Shown: positions 9,715-19,341, numbered from the stretch's first letter. The stretch is DNA of 64,000 nucleotides from Saprospiraceae bacterium (GCA_027008645.1 JALVEE010000121.1:6740-70739); one strand, 5' to 3'. Notes: a model not told the origin generated them from the letters alone. Made by a program: numbers and translations.

Positions 9715-11067
9715 ATGATTAAATACATAACTTTTTTCATAGTGACTTTAGGTATTTTAATTCCTGATTCAAACCTTTTTGCTCAATGTTTTGATGGTGA
9801 TCCAAGCAGTAATGCACCGGATTGGGATTTTACCAAAACCATTGAAGAGAATTATAATGATGCCAGAAGGTGGGAGGAAACAAATCTTGGTTTGACTCCA
9901 AACTGTCTTGGTGATATGGTTGAACCAAGTGTGGGTTGGGGAGGTATGAATGAAGAATCTACCGCCTTGTACATTCACAACTCTGAGAGGGTAGCGAGAG
10001 GTAAACTGCCATTGTATGATGTCGAAAGTAATTTGGATGATGTTGCCCAAAATCACTCTAATTGGCAGATAGCTAATGACGTATTCAGTCACGGCGGAGA
10101 TCCTGCTCTTGGCTCAGATAGCAATTATAAATTATGTTCAAACTGCAGTACTAGCCTGTCAGGGTCAAGTCCATATGAAAGGATGAATCAAAATCCTCCA
10201 CTAAAAAACAACTATGATTGGAGAAGCGAAAATATAGGTGTCCGTGTGACTAGTGGTAGTTCATTGGCTGATTTTGTTCCCGAAAGAATTTATGCCTTTA
10301 TTTATAAGGATGCAGGTTCAAGTTGGGGACACAGGCATGCCGTATTTCACGATTTTAACAATGACTGGGGTGATGGGAATACAGAAGGGTTTATCGGAGT
10401 TGGTATCAAGGATGGTAATGGATATGACATATGTCAATGGGGATGTAATGATAATTGGAATTATGCAAAATTTATTACAATAGATTACTATGATCCTGAA
10501 GGGAGTGCTTCCGGCTTTAGTTTCAAAGGATTACCCATCAAATTATTGGCTTTTGCCGCAAAAAAATCAAAATCTAATGTTTTGCTCTCATGGTCAACAG
10601 GAACAGAACTAAATAATGATTATTTTTTGATTGAAAAATCAACAGATGGATTGGAGTTTGAAGAATTGGTAAAAATAGATGGAGCTATCGACAGCAAATC
10701 CCAAAAAGATTATAAATACACTGACTTCAATCCTGTGATTGGGATTAACTATTATAGATTAAAGCAAGTTGATTTGGATGGTAATTTCAGTTATTCCAAT
10801 GTAGAAAAAGTAGAATTTGAAATTGAAAATACTGTTGTGATTTCACCAAATCCTTTTGATGATTTTATCATTGTAAACAGTTCTTTTAAAAATGATAAAA
10901 GCACAATTCAAATTTTTAACTTAAAGGGTGAAACTGTATTTAATTCCACTATTCCTGCAGGCAATAACACAACTAAACTTTATTTGCCTGATTTGGATTC
11001 AGGGATATATTTTGTAAAAATAAAAAATAGTAACTTCAAAAAGGTTTTCAAACTTGTTAAGTTATAA
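9715..11067 (+). CDS. Secreted CAP/SCP-like domain protein with a T9SS C-terminal sorting domain
   Basis: Signal peptide. CAP-like stretch HNSERVARGKLPLYDVESNLDDVAQNHSNWQIANDVFSHGG...WGHRHAVF. Ig-like middle region. C-terminal ISPNPFDDFIIV...GIYFVKIKNSNFKKVFKLVKL is T9SS CTD-like. Confidence 0.6.
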   Translation: MIKYITFFIVTLGILIPDSNLFAQCFDGDPSSNAPDWDFTKTIEENYNDARRWEETNLGLTPNCLGDMVEPSVGWGGMNEESTALYIHNSERVARGKLPLYDVESNLDDVAQNHSNWQIANDVFSHGGDPALGSDSNYKLCSNCSTSLSGSSPYERMNQNPPLKNNYDWRSENIGVRVTSGSSLADFVPERIYAFIYKDAGSSWGHRHAVFHDFNNDWGDGNTEGFIGVGIKDGNGYDICQWGCNDNWNYAKFITIDYYDPEGSASGFSFKGLPIKLLAFAAKKSKSNVLLSWSTGTELNNDYFLIEKSTDGLEFEELVKIDGAIDSKSQKDYKYTDFNPVIGINYYRLKQVDLDGNFSYSNVEKVEFEIENTVVISPNPFDDFIIVNSSFKNDKSTIQIFNLKGETVFNSTIPAGNNTTKLYLPDLDSGIYFVKIKNSNFKKVFKLVKL

Positions 11068-11079
11068 GAAGATAATCCA

Positions 11080-12291
11080 TTAACCAAACTTTTGGTTTAA
11101 ATGAGATGCCAATGAATATCCCATACTGAAAGATGCTTGCAGTAGATAGCCACCGGTGGGTGCATCCCAATTCAGCATTTCTCCAATCGCATAATGATAT
11201 GGCAGAGATTTTATCTTCATATTTTGGTCAACTGCATTCAGGCTAATCCCGCCAACAGTTGAAATCGCCTCGTCAATTTCAGCTATTCCACTTATATTTA
11301 CTTTTAGATTTTTAATAACCGAAGAAAGTTTTTTTATATCTTTAAATTCTTCTTTAGTAGTATAATTTTTTATTAAATCTATTTTTGTTTTATCAAGTTT
11401 TATATATTGTTTTAGAATATTAGTAATTGATTTAGCGCCACTTAATATTTTAAATTTATTTTCTATCTCTTTAGACCTTAGATTGGGTTTCAAATCGATA
11501 AGTATATCTGTTTTTCCTTTTTCATTCAATTCCTTTCGCAATAAACCGCTCATAGCATAAATAGCACCTCCCTCCAAACCAAATCCGGTAATCATCAATT
11601 CCCCCTTAACAGTTTTTCCCTTTTTATAAGTAGTTATATTTTTCAAAGGCTTTCCTTCGTTTTTGCTTAAAAAAGATTCAGACCAATCTACTTTAAATGC
11701 ACAATTTGACGGTTCAAATCCTATGGTTTCTACGCCTGCCTTAGCAAGAATATCTATCCATTTGCCATCCGAACCTGTAACTTTCCAACTAGCTCCTCCC
11801 AAGGCAAAAACCACAATATCAGCTGTTATAACAGTACGCAAATCACCATGCTTAAAAACCGGTTTTCCACTGCTTGAAATATCGATAAATTCGTGATTAT
11901 AGTGTAGTTTCACATTATTATCTCTCAATTTGCCTTTGATTGCATTCAATACCTCAACCGGTTTAATCCCCTTTACAGGATATATTTTTTTGCTGCTTCC
12001 AATCATTGTGGGAATACCTGCATTTTCCAACCATTTTCGCAGGTCATTATTATTAAATTGCTCAATAAAGGGCTTTAAAAACGATGATGGCTCATACCTG
12101 CCAATAAAAGTTTCCTTTGGTTCGGAATGTGTCAAGTTAAATCCGCCTTTCCCTGCCACTAAAAATTTTCTACCAAGCCCTATGCCCTTTTCATAAATAT
12201 TGATATCAAATAAATCACTATCCAATTCCGCAGCCAGCATCATAGCTGCTACCCCACCTCCGATTATCACTATTTTATTTTTTGTTTTCAT
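11080..12291 (-). CDS. HI0933/BaiN-like NAD(FAD)-dependent flavoprotein
   Basis: Rossmann motif KIVIIGGGVAAMMLAAEL, then FLVAGKGGFNLTH and C-terminal GGYLLQASFSMG, all typical of the HI0933-like family. Start set at ATG 12291 (MKTKNK), because the upstream ATG 12315 lies inside the terminal repeat of the adjacent element. Confidence 0.8.
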   Translation of the reverse strand: MKTKNKIVIIGGGVAAMMLAAELDSDLFDINIYEKGIGLGRKFLVAGKGGFNLTHSEPKETFIGRYEPSSFLKPFIEQFNNNDLRKWLENAGIPTMIGSSKKIYPVKGIKPVEVLNAIKGKLRDNNVKLHYNHEFIDISSSGKPVFKHGDLRTVITADIVVFALGGASWKVTGSDGKWIDILAKAGVETIGFEPSNCAFKVDWSESFLSKNEGKPLKNITTYKKGKTVKGELMITGFGLEGGAIYAMSGLLRKELNEKGKTDILIDLKPNLRSKEIENKFKILSGAKSITNILKQYIKLDKTKIDLIKNYTTKEEFKDIKKLSSVIKNLKVNISGIAEIDEAISTVGGISLNAVDQNMKIKSLPYHYAIGEMLNWDAPTGGYLLQASFSMGYSLASHLNQKFG

Positions 12292-12296
12292 TTTAA

Positions 12297-12517
12297 ATAT
12301 TTCATTTTTTCGCATATAAGGTTAATCTTTTTATTTGCACAGACCACCCCGCTTATGAAATTAATTCGTTTTACTTCTATATAACTACCTCAATGTGCCG
12401 TTAGGCACAAAATATGGGTAAAAAGGCTATTAACCAACTAAAATGCGTGCCGTAGGTACGCTATGTTACCCACATCAACAAAATTTCTTGTAATAACGCG
12501 AAAAAATGAAATGCACC
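12297..12517 (+). mobile_element. Full-length ~221-bp MITE-like element with terminal inverted repeats
   Basis: The left end atatttcattttttcgc and right end cgcgaaaaaatgaaatgcacc are inverted repeats. The interior is near-identical to 62539-62754, including the hairpins gtgccgttaggcac and gcgtgccgtaggtacgc. It has no coding capacity. Confidence 0.7.
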
Positions 12518-12751
12518 TGTTTTTTTTGTTTAACAATTATTTCATCACTTGATTATTCTGTCAAAAACATAAGTTTTATTGCTGGAGTAATCCTTAAATC
12601 CAACGAGCACATTTATCGGTATTACACGAGCTAAAAAAAAGAAGTCCTATGGTCACAAAAACAAATAATCTTTCCATTTGAATATATTTTTATTTTGAGA
12701 TTTGGCTTAAAATGGCAATTATAGAATACAAACAATGTCAATCTAACGCTA

Positions 12752-14527
12752 TTATCTCAGTTTTATTCCTTTAATAGTCATTTTCAATTCCTCCCATCTA
12801 TTGTCATCTTTAAGTGGGTTTAATCCAAAAACACTTACTCCTGAAACTCCGTTTTGTAGCGAAACATTGACTGCTTTGGTTATTTCACCGGGATTTTTAA
12901 GATCCGGGGCAAATATTCCGGCAATAATCTTTGTACTAGGAAAAGATGTTTTGACATCTTCAGTTACCATCCGGCCTATCCATTCTATATCTTTATTATA
13001 AAAATTGTGATATAGCATCGGGAAAGCTAAATCAAGTGGCCATTTACCCCAATCCTGATAAACCATTTCTCTCGACATTTCAGGTGTTGGAAATACCGCT
13101 GCTGTTAATAGCTTATCATATGCTTGAGTCAAACTGTCAATCTGAAGAATAAATTCAGTAACTTGATTTAAACGAAATTGAGACCAGGTACTATCTGATG
13201 TGGGATTCTTAATATGCAAAGGATCAACCCCCGTTTTGTTTTTATACTTATTTCGCATATAGGGATGATAACCATAATCAAATTGCGGATAAACCTTGTC
13301 TTGAACGATGCCGTATTTTGACCAAAGCCCAACCGGAAGAATAGCATCAACATAACGGATATAATCAAGATGAATTCCTTTCAAACCGGGTATTTTACAC
13401 AGTTCTTCGATTTTCTCCTTAAGTGCATTTCTCACTTTAGGAATAGCAGGACATAAAAATTTGTAGTCATTTACATAGGCTTTTTTCTCTTTCAGCGATT
13501 TGTTTTCACGATTTACACTTAGCCATTCCGGGTGTTTTTTTGCAAGATCCCTCCTATTCATCGTGATAAACCAAGCGTAAACATTTATATTGTATTTTTT
13601 AGCTTTAGTTACCACTTTTTTGAGTTTATCCGTACTGACATTAACCATTATATTACGAATACCGGTATTATATATTTTATCTAATGCTTTATCGATATTA
13701 TCATCAGAATAATCATTTCTTAGATTTAACCAAATCCAAAAAGATTTGTCCTGTTTTGCTTGTGTTTTATCGATAAAATACACATATCCCCACTTTTCAG
13801 GTATGTGCATATCGATAATATATTGGGGAGACCATACGCAATTGTGTTCGGGTTTATCAAGTTTCACATACTTTCCTTGTTCAACCTTCGTATCCCACTC
13901 AACTCGTGAAAAATTGATACGCCAAAAATCATTTATTGCGGGTTTGATTTTGTTTTCCTTATTCTTATAAATTTCAGAAAACGGAATAGCTATTTCGACC
14001 ACCCAAGAGGTATCAATATCAACCGGATTATTCAAAGTACCGTTTATTTTGACGCCAGTTTTCATATCTTCAATATCCAATGTCAAATCACTTTTTCCGC
14101 CCAATTGGTATGGTTTATTCATAAACAAATCCATAATGGTATTAAGTGCATTTACCTCAACTTCATAATACATTTTCCCATCACCATCATGATCTATAAA
14201 AACCTCGAAGTCATTGTCTCGATAAATAATATCATCTCTGTTTTTTAATGTAGCCCAAATATGATTCTCTTCCAATACCGCTGCGATATAGAGATAATTA
14301 TCATCCCAAAGCATTTTAATCTTTGTTTTTTGCTTTGGCTTCTCCCCTCGTTCACCCAAAATATCCACAAAATCAGTTGACCATTCTGCAATTTTCCAGG
14401 CAGATTCATCTAAATTACCATCAATATTGATAGCAGAATTTGCTTTATTGCAAATATATTTTTTTGGAATTTGTCCGTGTACGGCTTGAATAACAAACAA
14501 GACAATTAGTAAAATATTTAGTTTCAT
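12752..14527 (-). CDS. Secreted CBM9-like (DOMON-type) carbohydrate-binding domain fused to a GHL10/DUF187 glycoside-hydrolase-like TIM barrel
   Basis: Signal peptide. N-terminal INIDGNLDESAWKIAEWSTDFVDI...MLWDDNYLYIAAVLEE is the CBM9-like signature. The C-terminal half (NINVYAWFITMN, HPEWLSVN, LKGIHLDYIRYVD) resembles the family 10 glycosylhydrolase-like fold. Confidence 0.55.
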   Translation of the reverse strand: MKLNILLIVLFVIQAVHGQIPKKYICNKANSAINIDGNLDESAWKIAEWSTDFVDILGERGEKPKQKTKIKMLWDDNYLYIAAVLEENHIWATLKNRDDIIYRDNDFEVFIDHDGDGKMYYEVEVNALNTIMDLFMNKPYQLGGKSDLTLDIEDMKTGVKINGTLNNPVDIDTSWVVEIAIPFSEIYKNKENKIKPAINDFWRINFSRVEWDTKVEQGKYVKLDKPEHNCVWSPQYIIDMHIPEKWGYVYFIDKTQAKQDKSFWIWLNLRNDYSDDNIDKALDKIYNTGIRNIMVNVSTDKLKKVVTKAKKYNINVYAWFITMNRRDLAKKHPEWLSVNRENKSLKEKKAYVNDYKFLCPAIPKVRNALKEKIEELCKIPGLKGIHLDYIRYVDAILPVGLWSKYGIVQDKVYPQFDYGYHPYMRNKYKNKTGVDPLHIKNPTSDSTWSQFRLNQVTEFILQIDSLTQAYDKLLTAAVFPTPEMSREMVYQDWGKWPLDLAFPMLYHNFYNKDIEWIGRMVTEDVKTSFPSTKIIAGIFAPDLKNPGEITKAVNVSLQNGVSGVSVFGLNPLKDDNRWEELKMTIKGIKLR

Positions 14528-14669
14528 TTTGTAAAAATATCGCTATTAATAGAAATAAAAGGAGATTTTGTCTATTTATTTAAGTTTTTTGTCAATCCTA
14601 CTTGATTTCTATTATTTAATATAATATCTTTGTGATATCATTTTGATATTATTATTAAAAAAAACAACT

Positions 14670-15521
14670 ATGAAAAAAGAACACATCTCAAATGGAATTA
14701 ATGGCTATTTAATGCTTTTGGTATTTTTTATCCTAATCGGTTTAGGAATTTATTTTATTACTCTAAAAATGGTACTTATTTTTGTGCCACTATTTGTAAT
14801 TGCATTTTTTATTCTTCCGGGATTTTCTATAGTGAACCCAAATGAATCCATTGTGACCATACTGTTCGGTGCGTACAAGGGAACTCTAAAAAAGAATGGG
14901 TTTTTGTGGGTAAACCCCTTTATGGCAAAGAAAAAATTGTCATTACGAGCTAGGAATTTCAATAGTGAGCCACTAAAGGTTAATGATAAAATAGGTAATC
15001 CGGTTTTGATTGGAGCAGTTGTGGTTTGGAGAGTAAAAGATACTTTTAAAGCTGCATTTGAAGTAGATGATTATGAGCACTTCGTCAGAATACAGACAGA
15101 AGCAGCCATCAGAAAACTTGCAGGGCTTTATCCTTACGATAATTTGGAAGACGAAAATGCCAAATTAACACTTAGGGAAGGAGGCGAAGAGGTAAACAAA
15201 CAATTGGAATCTGAAGTGTCGGAGAGGTTGGAAATAGCAGGTATTGAAATACTCGAAGCGAGAATTAACTATCTTGCTTACGCTACGGAAATAGCAAGTG
15301 CAATGCTTAAAAGACAACAGGCAGTAGCGATAATTGCCGCAAGAACCAAAATTGTAGAAGGTGCTGTCAGTATGGTCGAAATGGCACTTGAAGATTTGAG
15401 TAAAAAAGATATCGTACATCTCGATGAAGAAAGAAAAGCACAGATGGTAAGCAATCTTATGGTGGTTTTGACTTCAGACAAAGATGTAATGCCAATTGTT
15501 AATACAGGAAGCATATATTAA
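14670..15521 (+). CDS. SPFH/Band 7 (stomatin/prohibitin-like) membrane protein
   Basis: Two N-terminal TM helices followed by an SPFH core (SIVNPNESIVTILFGAYKGTLKKNGFLWVNPF...VVWRVKDTFKAAFEVDD) and a coiled-coil tail. ATG 14670 is preferred over TTG 14643. Confidence 0.85.
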   Translation: MKKEHISNGINGYLMLLVFFILIGLGIYFITLKMVLIFVPLFVIAFFILPGFSIVNPNESIVTILFGAYKGTLKKNGFLWVNPFMAKKKLSLRARNFNSEPLKVNDKIGNPVLIGAVVVWRVKDTFKAAFEVDDYEHFVRIQTEAAIRKLAGLYPYDNLEDENAKLTLREGGEEVNKQLESEVSERLEIAGIEILEARINYLAYATEIASAMLKRQQAVAIIAARTKIVEGAVSMVEMALEDLSKKDIVHLDEERKAQMVSNLMVVLTSDKDVMPIVNTGSIY

Positions 15522-15525
15522 AAAA

Positions 15526-16065
15526 ATGGAAAATGATATACTACATAAGGAAAAAGTTAATGTAAATCTATCAACTAAACAATGGGTTATTTCCGGAGTT
15601 TTGTTGATAGATTTTGTATTTTTCTCAATATTATTCTATCAATATACTATAGGAAAAATACCTAATAACAGCTTTCGATTGGATGATATAATCGGGGTTT
15701 CTGTCGTATTGATTATGTTTTCAGCAATTATTCTAATTGTAGTTTTATCCAGAGGGTATTCTATCACAATCGATCACAATAAATTGACATTAAAACACGA
15801 TAGATTTTATACCGCTTCAATAAATAAAGACTCTATAAAATCGTTTTCAAAAATAACTAAAAAAGAATATCTGAAGTTATTAAGAGGAAAGGGAGTTGTG
15901 GCTACAAAGAAGCACAGAAGAACAAAGATGATGGAGAGTTATATAATAAAATACCCCAATTTTGTAGTGTATTTAACCGATGGAAGAAAGATTTTTATAG
16001 AAACCAATAAGGAATCTGCATTCGAATATTCGATGAATAAGATGCTAAATCTAAAATATGTCTAA
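15526..16065 (+). CDS. Two-TM membrane protein with a possible bacterial PH-like C-terminal domain
   Basis: ATG 15526 lies 5 nt after the SPFH stop. It has two hydrophobic helices and then a ~100-aa soluble domain. I recognise no catalytic motif. The coding call rests on ORF length, tight spacing and codon usage. Confidence 0.45.
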   Translation: MENDILHKEKVNVNLSTKQWVISGVLLIDFVFFSILFYQYTIGKIPNNSFRLDDIIGVSVVLIMFSAIILIVVLSRGYSITIDHNKLTLKHDRFYTASINKDSIKSFSKITKKEYLKLLRGKGVVATKKHRRTKMMESYIIKYPNFVVYLTDGRKIFIETNKESAFEYSMNKMLNLKYV

Positions 16066-16225
16066 AAAGAAAAGTTTCGTATTGAGGATTGACGAGGCTA
16101 CATATGCAGCTTTGGTTCGTTGGGCAAACGATGAATTTCGCAGTGTCAATGGGCAACTTGAATGGTTGATAAACGAGCAACTGAAAAAGGCAAAAAGATT
16201 ACCAAAGAAGGGGAGAGAGGAGTAG
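16058..16225 (+). CDS. 55-aa ribbon-helix-helix (Arc/MetJ-like) DNA-binding protein candidate, absent from the ORF track (below its size cut-off)
   Basis: ATG 16058 overlaps the stop of the preceding gene by 8 nt (ATGTCTAA). Translation is MSKKKSFVLRIDEATYAALVRWANDEFRSVNGQLEWLINEQLKKAKRLPKKGREE*. It shows a basic N-terminus, a beta-strand SFVLRI and two helices, the RHH pattern seen in small Arc-family or HicB-like annotated proteins. Confidence 0.5.
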   Translation: MSKKKSFVLRIDEATYAALVRWANDEFRSVNGQLEWLINEQLKKAKRLPKKGREE

Positions 16226-16609
16226 TAAGTCATCAAAAATTCGTATATATCAATTTCTGTTCTTTCCAAAAACAGTGCTAAAGTAATGGGATGAATTTTT
16301 AATTCGTTTAATCCTTTTTTCAGATAATTATAAAATATTGTATCAATAATATAATTTTCAATATGATAATGAGAAACAAACCAGTTTCCCGGTTTCATCG
16401 AATCTTAACCCGCATTATTCTCATTGGTTTTCGTAGTGAGAATTCAGAAAACCAAAAGTAAAGGAAAGCGCAAGAAATACTTATTCAAAATCTTTGCAGC
16501 CTTTACAACTATTTTTGTATCTTCATTGTTATAACAAGAATAAAAATTTACAAGTTTAAAGCATAATGAGTGTACTACTAAAGATACTCAATAGTCAAAC
16601 TAAGATGTG

Positions 16610-18058
16610 ATGATCAGATTTTTTTTAATTTTATTATTATTCACTTATTCTAATCTATCAAAAGGGCAAGAACAGCTTTCATTACATCTGGAAAATCACA
16701 GTGGAATAAATGCTATTGCTATAAATCCGGCAAACTCTTTTCTTAGTCCTCATAAATGGGATGTAAATATTGTTTCAGCCGGACTTTTCTTTGAAAATAA
16801 TTATGGTTTCTTTAGAAATACCAATACTATCAAATTATATAAAAATAAAAAAAATCCTATTATAGAATTGGATTCAACAAAATATGGAAAAACTTCATAT
16901 CTTCCTAATACAGTATTATTAGATTTTTATGACAGAAAAAAACCGAGTTATATTTTTCTATCAGGAAATATAACAGGTCCATCTGTTTCGCTTAAGATAA
17001 ATAAGAATAGCTCTATAGGTTTTGTATCAAGATTCAGGATGTTGGGAGGAGTGCCTAAAATACCAAAGGAATTGGGATATTATGATTATTATAACAAAGC
17101 TTTCTTTCAGTCATTTCCTATTTCTTCATTCAATTCCGGTTTTATATCTTGGCACGAATACGGCATAAACTATACAAATAATATCAAGGGGCTCACTCAT
17201 AATACCATTATTGGAGCGACGATAAAATATTTGAGAGGGAATGAGGCAATGTTTTTTGAAAATAAACACACATTTCAGTTCCAACAAATGCCAAATGATT
17301 CAATAGCTGCACTTGACAGGCTTGATTTCCGGTATGCTTATACAAATTCAAATTTTAAATCCCAAAGTTTTAAATTTAAACACAATGGCACGGGCATCTC
17401 AGCTGATTTAGGCATTACCCTTGTTTTTGGTGAAAATATTAAGGATTATAAAGCCAGACTGGGGCTTTCTATATTGGATATAGGTTTGATTAATTTTAAT
17501 AAAAATTCATTTAGATATTCGATAAGTGTCGATACAACGGTCGCTATTAGTATAAATGCATTTAAAGAAATCAGGCAATTATCACAATTGGATTCGGTAA
17601 GTGAGATTTTAAGTCGCCAAATCTATAATGACCCCAATAAATCTTTATCTGCTAACTCTTTTGTAATGTGGTTACCAATGGCTTTGAGTATTCAATTTGA
17701 TTATTCAATTTCAAAATTGTTTTATATAAACGGAACGCTTATACAAAGGATAAAACCCAAGGGGCATTCAGTTACAAGAAGAAATCTTTTTGCTTTATCA
17801 CCAAGATTTGAACATAGGTGGTTTTCCGCATCAACATCCCTAATAGTCTATGATTGGAAGAATTTAAGATTGGGGGCTTCTGTTAGACTGGCATATCTGA
17901 CCATTGGTTCTGACAATTTATTGAGTGTATTTTCAAATCAATCTCGGTTTACGGGTTCCGATTTATATGTAGGATTGAAATTCAATCCATTTTCTCTTGG
18001 AAAAAAGAGAAGAAGTCACCCTAATTTGAATAGAAAAATCAAATGTTATAAGTTTTAA
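16610..18058 (+). CDS. Putative outer-membrane beta-barrel protein of unknown function
   Basis: Signal peptide (LLLFTYSNLSKGQ), alternating beta-strand pattern throughout, and an aromatic C-terminus (KCYKF). The N-terminal NPAN motif is reminiscent of PorP/SprF- and DUF5723-type barrels. The family assignment is uncertain. Confidence 0.4.
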   Translation: MIRFFLILLLFTYSNLSKGQEQLSLHLENHSGINAIAINPANSFLSPHKWDVNIVSAGLFFENNYGFFRNTNTIKLYKNKKNPIIELDSTKYGKTSYLPNTVLLDFYDRKKPSYIFLSGNITGPSVSLKINKNSSIGFVSRFRMLGGVPKIPKELGYYDYYNKAFFQSFPISSFNSGFISWHEYGINYTNNIKGLTHNTIIGATIKYLRGNEAMFFENKHTFQFQQMPNDSIAALDRLDFRYAYTNSNFKSQSFKFKHNGTGISADLGITLVFGENIKDYKARLGLSILDIGLINFNKNSFRYSISVDTTVAISINAFKEIRQLSQLDSVSEILSRQIYNDPNKSLSANSFVMWLPMALSIQFDYSISKLFYINGTLIQRIKPKGHSVTRRNLFALSPRFEHRWFSASTSLIVYDWKNLRLGASVRLAYLTIGSDNLLSVFSNQSRFTGSDLYVGLKFNPFSLGKKRRSHPNLNRKIKCYKF

Positions 18059-18087
18059 TAAGCTGCATTGTATATTTTTTTACATTT

Positions 18088-18104
18088 TAGGAATATAATT
18101 CCTA
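18088..18104. terminator. Perfect palindrome taggaat-ata-attccta in the spacer between the barrel gene and the ATPase gene
   Basis: Read directly: 7-bp arms and a 3-nt loop, 30 bp after the stop at 18058. The same arms recur at 19325-19341. Confidence 0.3.
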
Positions 18105-18131
18105 TAATGTATTATCTTTGTCATAAAAAGT

Positions 18132-19310
18132 ATGATAAATAGATTAATAGGTAATAAAATAATCGAATACTCTCATCAATTTAGAGCAGTAGCAATTACC
18201 GGTTCAAGACAATCCGGCAAAACTACCTTGTGCAAATACCTATTTCCCGATAAACCTTATGTTAATTTTGAAAATATTGATACTCTTAATTTATCATATT
18301 CCGATCCAAGAGGATTCTTGAAAAAATATAAAAAAACAGGGTGCATTTTAGATGAAATTCAAAAAGCACCCGAATTATTCAATTATTTGCAACAGATTTT
18401 GGATGAAGAACAAGAAAGAGGTAAGTATATATTAACCGGTAGCAGCAATTTTTTGCTTAACGAAAAAATCAGTCAAAGTTTAGCCGGGCGATTAGCTTAT
18501 CTAAATATGTTTCCATTAAGTTTTCAGGAGATACAATCAAACGAACTATTATACAATGACTTTTGGGAATTGATATTTAAAGGAGCTTATCCTGAGATTT
18601 GGAGTCAAAATATCAATCCTGAATATTACTATCCGTCATATATTCAAAGCGTGATAGAAAAAGATATTAGGCAATTGGTGAATATTAGGAAGTGGGGTGG
18701 CTTTCAACAATTTGTAAAATTGGCTGCTACCCGTATAGGTCAAGAATGGAATAGCAATAAAGCCGGAAATGAATTGGGAGTAGATGCTAAAACCATAAGT
18801 TCTTGGATTTCTTTTTTGCAAATATCCGGAATTGTATATTTTTTACCTCCCTTTTACAATAATTATGGTAAAAGGATAATAAAAAAACCTAAACTTTATT
18901 TTACTGATACCGGAATCGCTTCAAATTTGCTTGGAATACAAAACATCAATCACCTTGAATCCCACCCTTTAAAAGGAGAGCTTTTTGAAAACTACATCAT
19001 AATGGATTTTGTTAAACAAAACTCTTTTAGGTTGAAACCGGTAAATTTATATTTTTGGAGAAGTAATGACGGCATTGAAATAGATTTAATCATTGAGAGT
19101 GCAAATGAATTAATACCTGTTGAAATTAAATCCGGTATGACATTCAATAATTATTGGTGGAGAAATATCGATAAATGGCAAAAATTTTCAAAGAATAAAT
19201 CAAAAGCCTATATAATATATAATGGCGAAAATGAGATGGCATTGACAGATAATAAAATCATCGTAAATTCATCAAAATTAAATCTATCCAAAATATTGGA
19301 AACAAGTTAA
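18132..19310 (+). CDS. AAA_14 / DUF4143 family ATPase
   Basis: Walker A AITGSRQSGKTTL and Walker B GCILDEIQ. The C-terminal half has the DUF4143-type pattern (KLYFTDTGIASNLLGI...GELFENYI...YFWRSNDGIEIDLIIE, a restriction-endonuclease-like fold). Confidence 0.85.
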   Translation: MINRLIGNKIIEYSHQFRAVAITGSRQSGKTTLCKYLFPDKPYVNFENIDTLNLSYSDPRGFLKKYKKTGCILDEIQKAPELFNYLQQILDEEQERGKYILTGSSNFLLNEKISQSLAGRLAYLNMFPLSFQEIQSNELLYNDFWELIFKGAYPEIWSQNINPEYYYPSYIQSVIEKDIRQLVNIRKWGGFQQFVKLAATRIGQEWNSNKAGNELGVDAKTISSWISFLQISGIVYFLPPFYNNYGKRIIKKPKLYFTDTGIASNLLGIQNINHLESHPLKGELFENYIIMDFVKQNSFRLKPVNLYFWRSNDGIEIDLIIESANELIPVEIKSGMTFNNYWWRNIDKWQKFSKNKSKAYIIYNGENEMALTDNKIIVNSSKLNLSKILETS

Positions 19311-19324
19311 ATCTTTATACTAAA

Positions 19325-19341
19325 TAGGAATTGTATTCCTA
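19325..19341. terminator. Palindrome taggaat-tgt-attccta immediately after the ATPase gene
   Basis: Read directly, 15 bp after the stop at 19310. The arms are identical to those of the palindrome at 18088-18104. Confidence 0.3.

Noticed and set aside
12594-12677. 27-aa lipoprotein-signal-like ORF (MERLFVFVTIGLLFFSSCNTDKCARWI) on the minus strand
   Set aside because: It stops right after the lipobox. At best it is the stump of a decayed lipoprotein gene next to the MITE copy, not a supportable feature.
16051-16398. 115-aa minus-strand ORF starting MKPGNWFVSHYH
   Set aside because: Its C-terminal two-thirds is antisense to the RHH ORF and the end of the upstream membrane protein, and it looks like a low-complexity antisense translation. 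A stop codon lies two codons upstream of its ATG. The first ~55 aa might be a remnant of a decayed gene, but I cannot support a functional call.
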